36,768 nt of DNA from a virus. Of this stretch, positions 35,503-36,768 are shown piece by piece (positions within the stretch are counted from its first letter, which is position 1; every line of letters begins with the position of its first letter). The translations under genes were made by a program, and so were the position numbers. The stretch covers positions 1 to 36,768 of the IMG/VR virus record IMGVR_UViG_3300045988_160268; one strand, written 5' to 3'. The notes under the pieces were generated by a model. The model was not told the DNA's origin. It was given only the letters and a program-made list of their open reading frames with translations, and searched no databases.

Positions 35503-36768
35503 ATGAAAATTATTAAGAAAAGAGCAAATGGTAAAGGTTCTGCAATTTATTTAGGTGATAACAGAAATAAACCTTGGGGTGCAAGAATAACAATAGGAAA
35601 AGATATTAATGGTGTTGCTATTAGATATTTTATTAATACTTTTAAAACTGAACTTGAAGCTTTAGTATGTTTAGAAAATTATCATAAACAACCTTATCCT
35701 ATTTATATTAAAGAGGATATCTATAATAGAATAGTTACATTCCCAAAAGTACCATATCCTTTAGTTGCTGTCCAAAATCCTAAAAAAGAAATAATTGAAA
35801 AAGTAAAAAAAGATAACTATACATTTAAACAATTATTTGAAGAATTTAAAAAGTCAAAACTTCCAACATCAGATGAAATAAAACTTGAAAAAGAAAAACA
35901 CATAAAACCTTTAGGAAAATATGCTTATAACTATTCCAGAGGAATGATAACTGCTTTTAATAATTCAGAAGGACTTTATGATAAAGTGTATAAAGATTTA
36001 AAAACATCTGATTTCCAACAATATATAGATAATTGTGAAAAAAAATTTGAGACTTTAAGAATAATGAAAAATTTATATATAAAACTTGATGAATATGCTT
36101 TTCAAGAAGATTTGATAAACAAATGTTATGCCAAATATATAACAGTTAGTAAATCAAGTTCTCCTTCATCTAATAAAAAAGAAAGAACACCTTATACTTA
36201 TGAACAAATTCAATATTTATGGAATATCACTCCTGAAAATTACAAAGAAGAATTTGTAAAAGATATTCTACTTCTTACAATTTATACAGGTTGTAGAGCA
36301 AATGAATTATTATTTATATATACAAAAAAAGTTTTTCTGGATAAAAATTATTTTGTAGCAGGTATAAAAACTGAAGCTGGTATCAATAGAGAAATACCTA
36401 TTCACCCAGATACTAAACTTATTTTTAAAAAATATTATAACCCCGAAAATGAATTTCTATTTATGATGCCTAATGGCAACAGAGCAAATTATGACTATTA
36501 TTTGTATCATTACAAGGAAAATTTTATTAATAAGCATAAATATTTAAACCATCACACAGCACACGATGGTAGACATACTTTAAGAACAGAGCTTGAAAAA
36601 CAAAATGTAAAACAAGTTATTATAAATTCTATAATAGGTCATAGTAACGAAAATGTAGGTCAAGATATATATACTCATATATCTATTGAAGAAAAAATTG
36701 AAGCTATAAAGTTAATTACTTATAAAAAAACAAACAACTTGTGCATTTTAAATAATAAAATTTCTTAA
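35503..36768 (+). CDS. int: tyrosine recombinase/integrase (ORF track start 35443 is probably too early)
   Basis: KRANGKGSAIYLGDNRNKPWGARITIG N-terminus; GCRANE, HDGRHTLRTEL, IIGHSNENVGQDIYTH catalytic motifs. Confidence 0.9.
   Translation: MKIIKKRANGKGSAIYLGDNRNKPWGARITIGKDINGVAIRYFINTFKTELEALVCLENYHKQPYPIYIKEDIYNRIVTFPKVPYPLVAVQNPKKEIIEKVKKDNYTFKQLFEEFKKSKLPTSDEIKLEKEKHIKPLGKYAYNYSRGMITAFNNSEGLYDKVYKDLKTSDFQQYIDNCEKKFETLRIMKNLYIKLDEYAFQEDLINKCYAKYITVSKSSSPSSNKKERTPYTYEQIQYLWNITPENYKEEFVKDILLLTIYTGCRANELLFIYTKKVFLDKNYFVAGIKTEAGINREIPIHPDTKLIFKKYYNPENEFLFMMPNGNRANYDYYLYHYKENFINKHKYLNHHTAHDGRHTLRTELEKQNVKQVIINSIIGHSNENVGQDIYTHISIEEKIEAIKLITYKKTNNLCILNNKIS

Noticed and set aside
1-36768. CRISPR arrays, diversity-generating retroelement, tRNA genes
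   Set aside because: No regularly spaced repeats, no reverse transcriptase ORF and no convincing tRNA cloverleaf were seen by eye

Overview
The window is an AT-rich Firmicutes/Mollicutes-like siphoprophage, nearly complete. Late genes run on the minus strand from about 22.6 kb down to 1.6 kb: ArpU/DUF1492-like regulator, small and large terminase, SPP1-like portal, minor capsid protein with a CdiA-CT-like nuclease tail, scaffold, capsid, head-tail connectors, tail tube, Gp15-like chaperone, tape measure, baseplate, holin and exported C39/SH3 endolysin. A minus-strand early region fills 22.8-33.7 kb, followed by divergent repressor/Cro-like control and a plus-strand lysogeny module (XRE, TPR, ImmA/IrrE-like, tyrosine integrase). 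The most unusual observation concerns the codon CGG. In my by-eye scan of roughly 10,000 codons of intact genes I found no in-frame CGG, although CGG occurs about 50 times in the other two frames. Four in-frame CGGs were found in likely genes, and all four sit exactly where a protein must change to the +1 frame to stay intact (YopX-like gene, DnaD/initiator-like gene, and twice in one 54-aa Cys-rich gene). In every case the +1 codon is Gly (GGA/GGT). This suggests CGG-directed +1 frameshifting, or CGGN quadruplet reading, in a host where CGG may be unassigned. Second, a compact par/Fst-like type I toxin-antitoxin candidate sits between tail genes at 11.37-11.71 kb: a 27-aa toxin-like ORF, convergent consensus promoters, a shared 15-bp inverted-repeat terminator and direct repeats. 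Other items of interest are a toxin-like domain on a minor capsid protein, a plus-strand DUF4145-like moron, a plus-strand promoter/terminator unit in the gap after the toxin-bearing gene, operator arrays and a 15-nt element shared in inverted orientation near xis and int.
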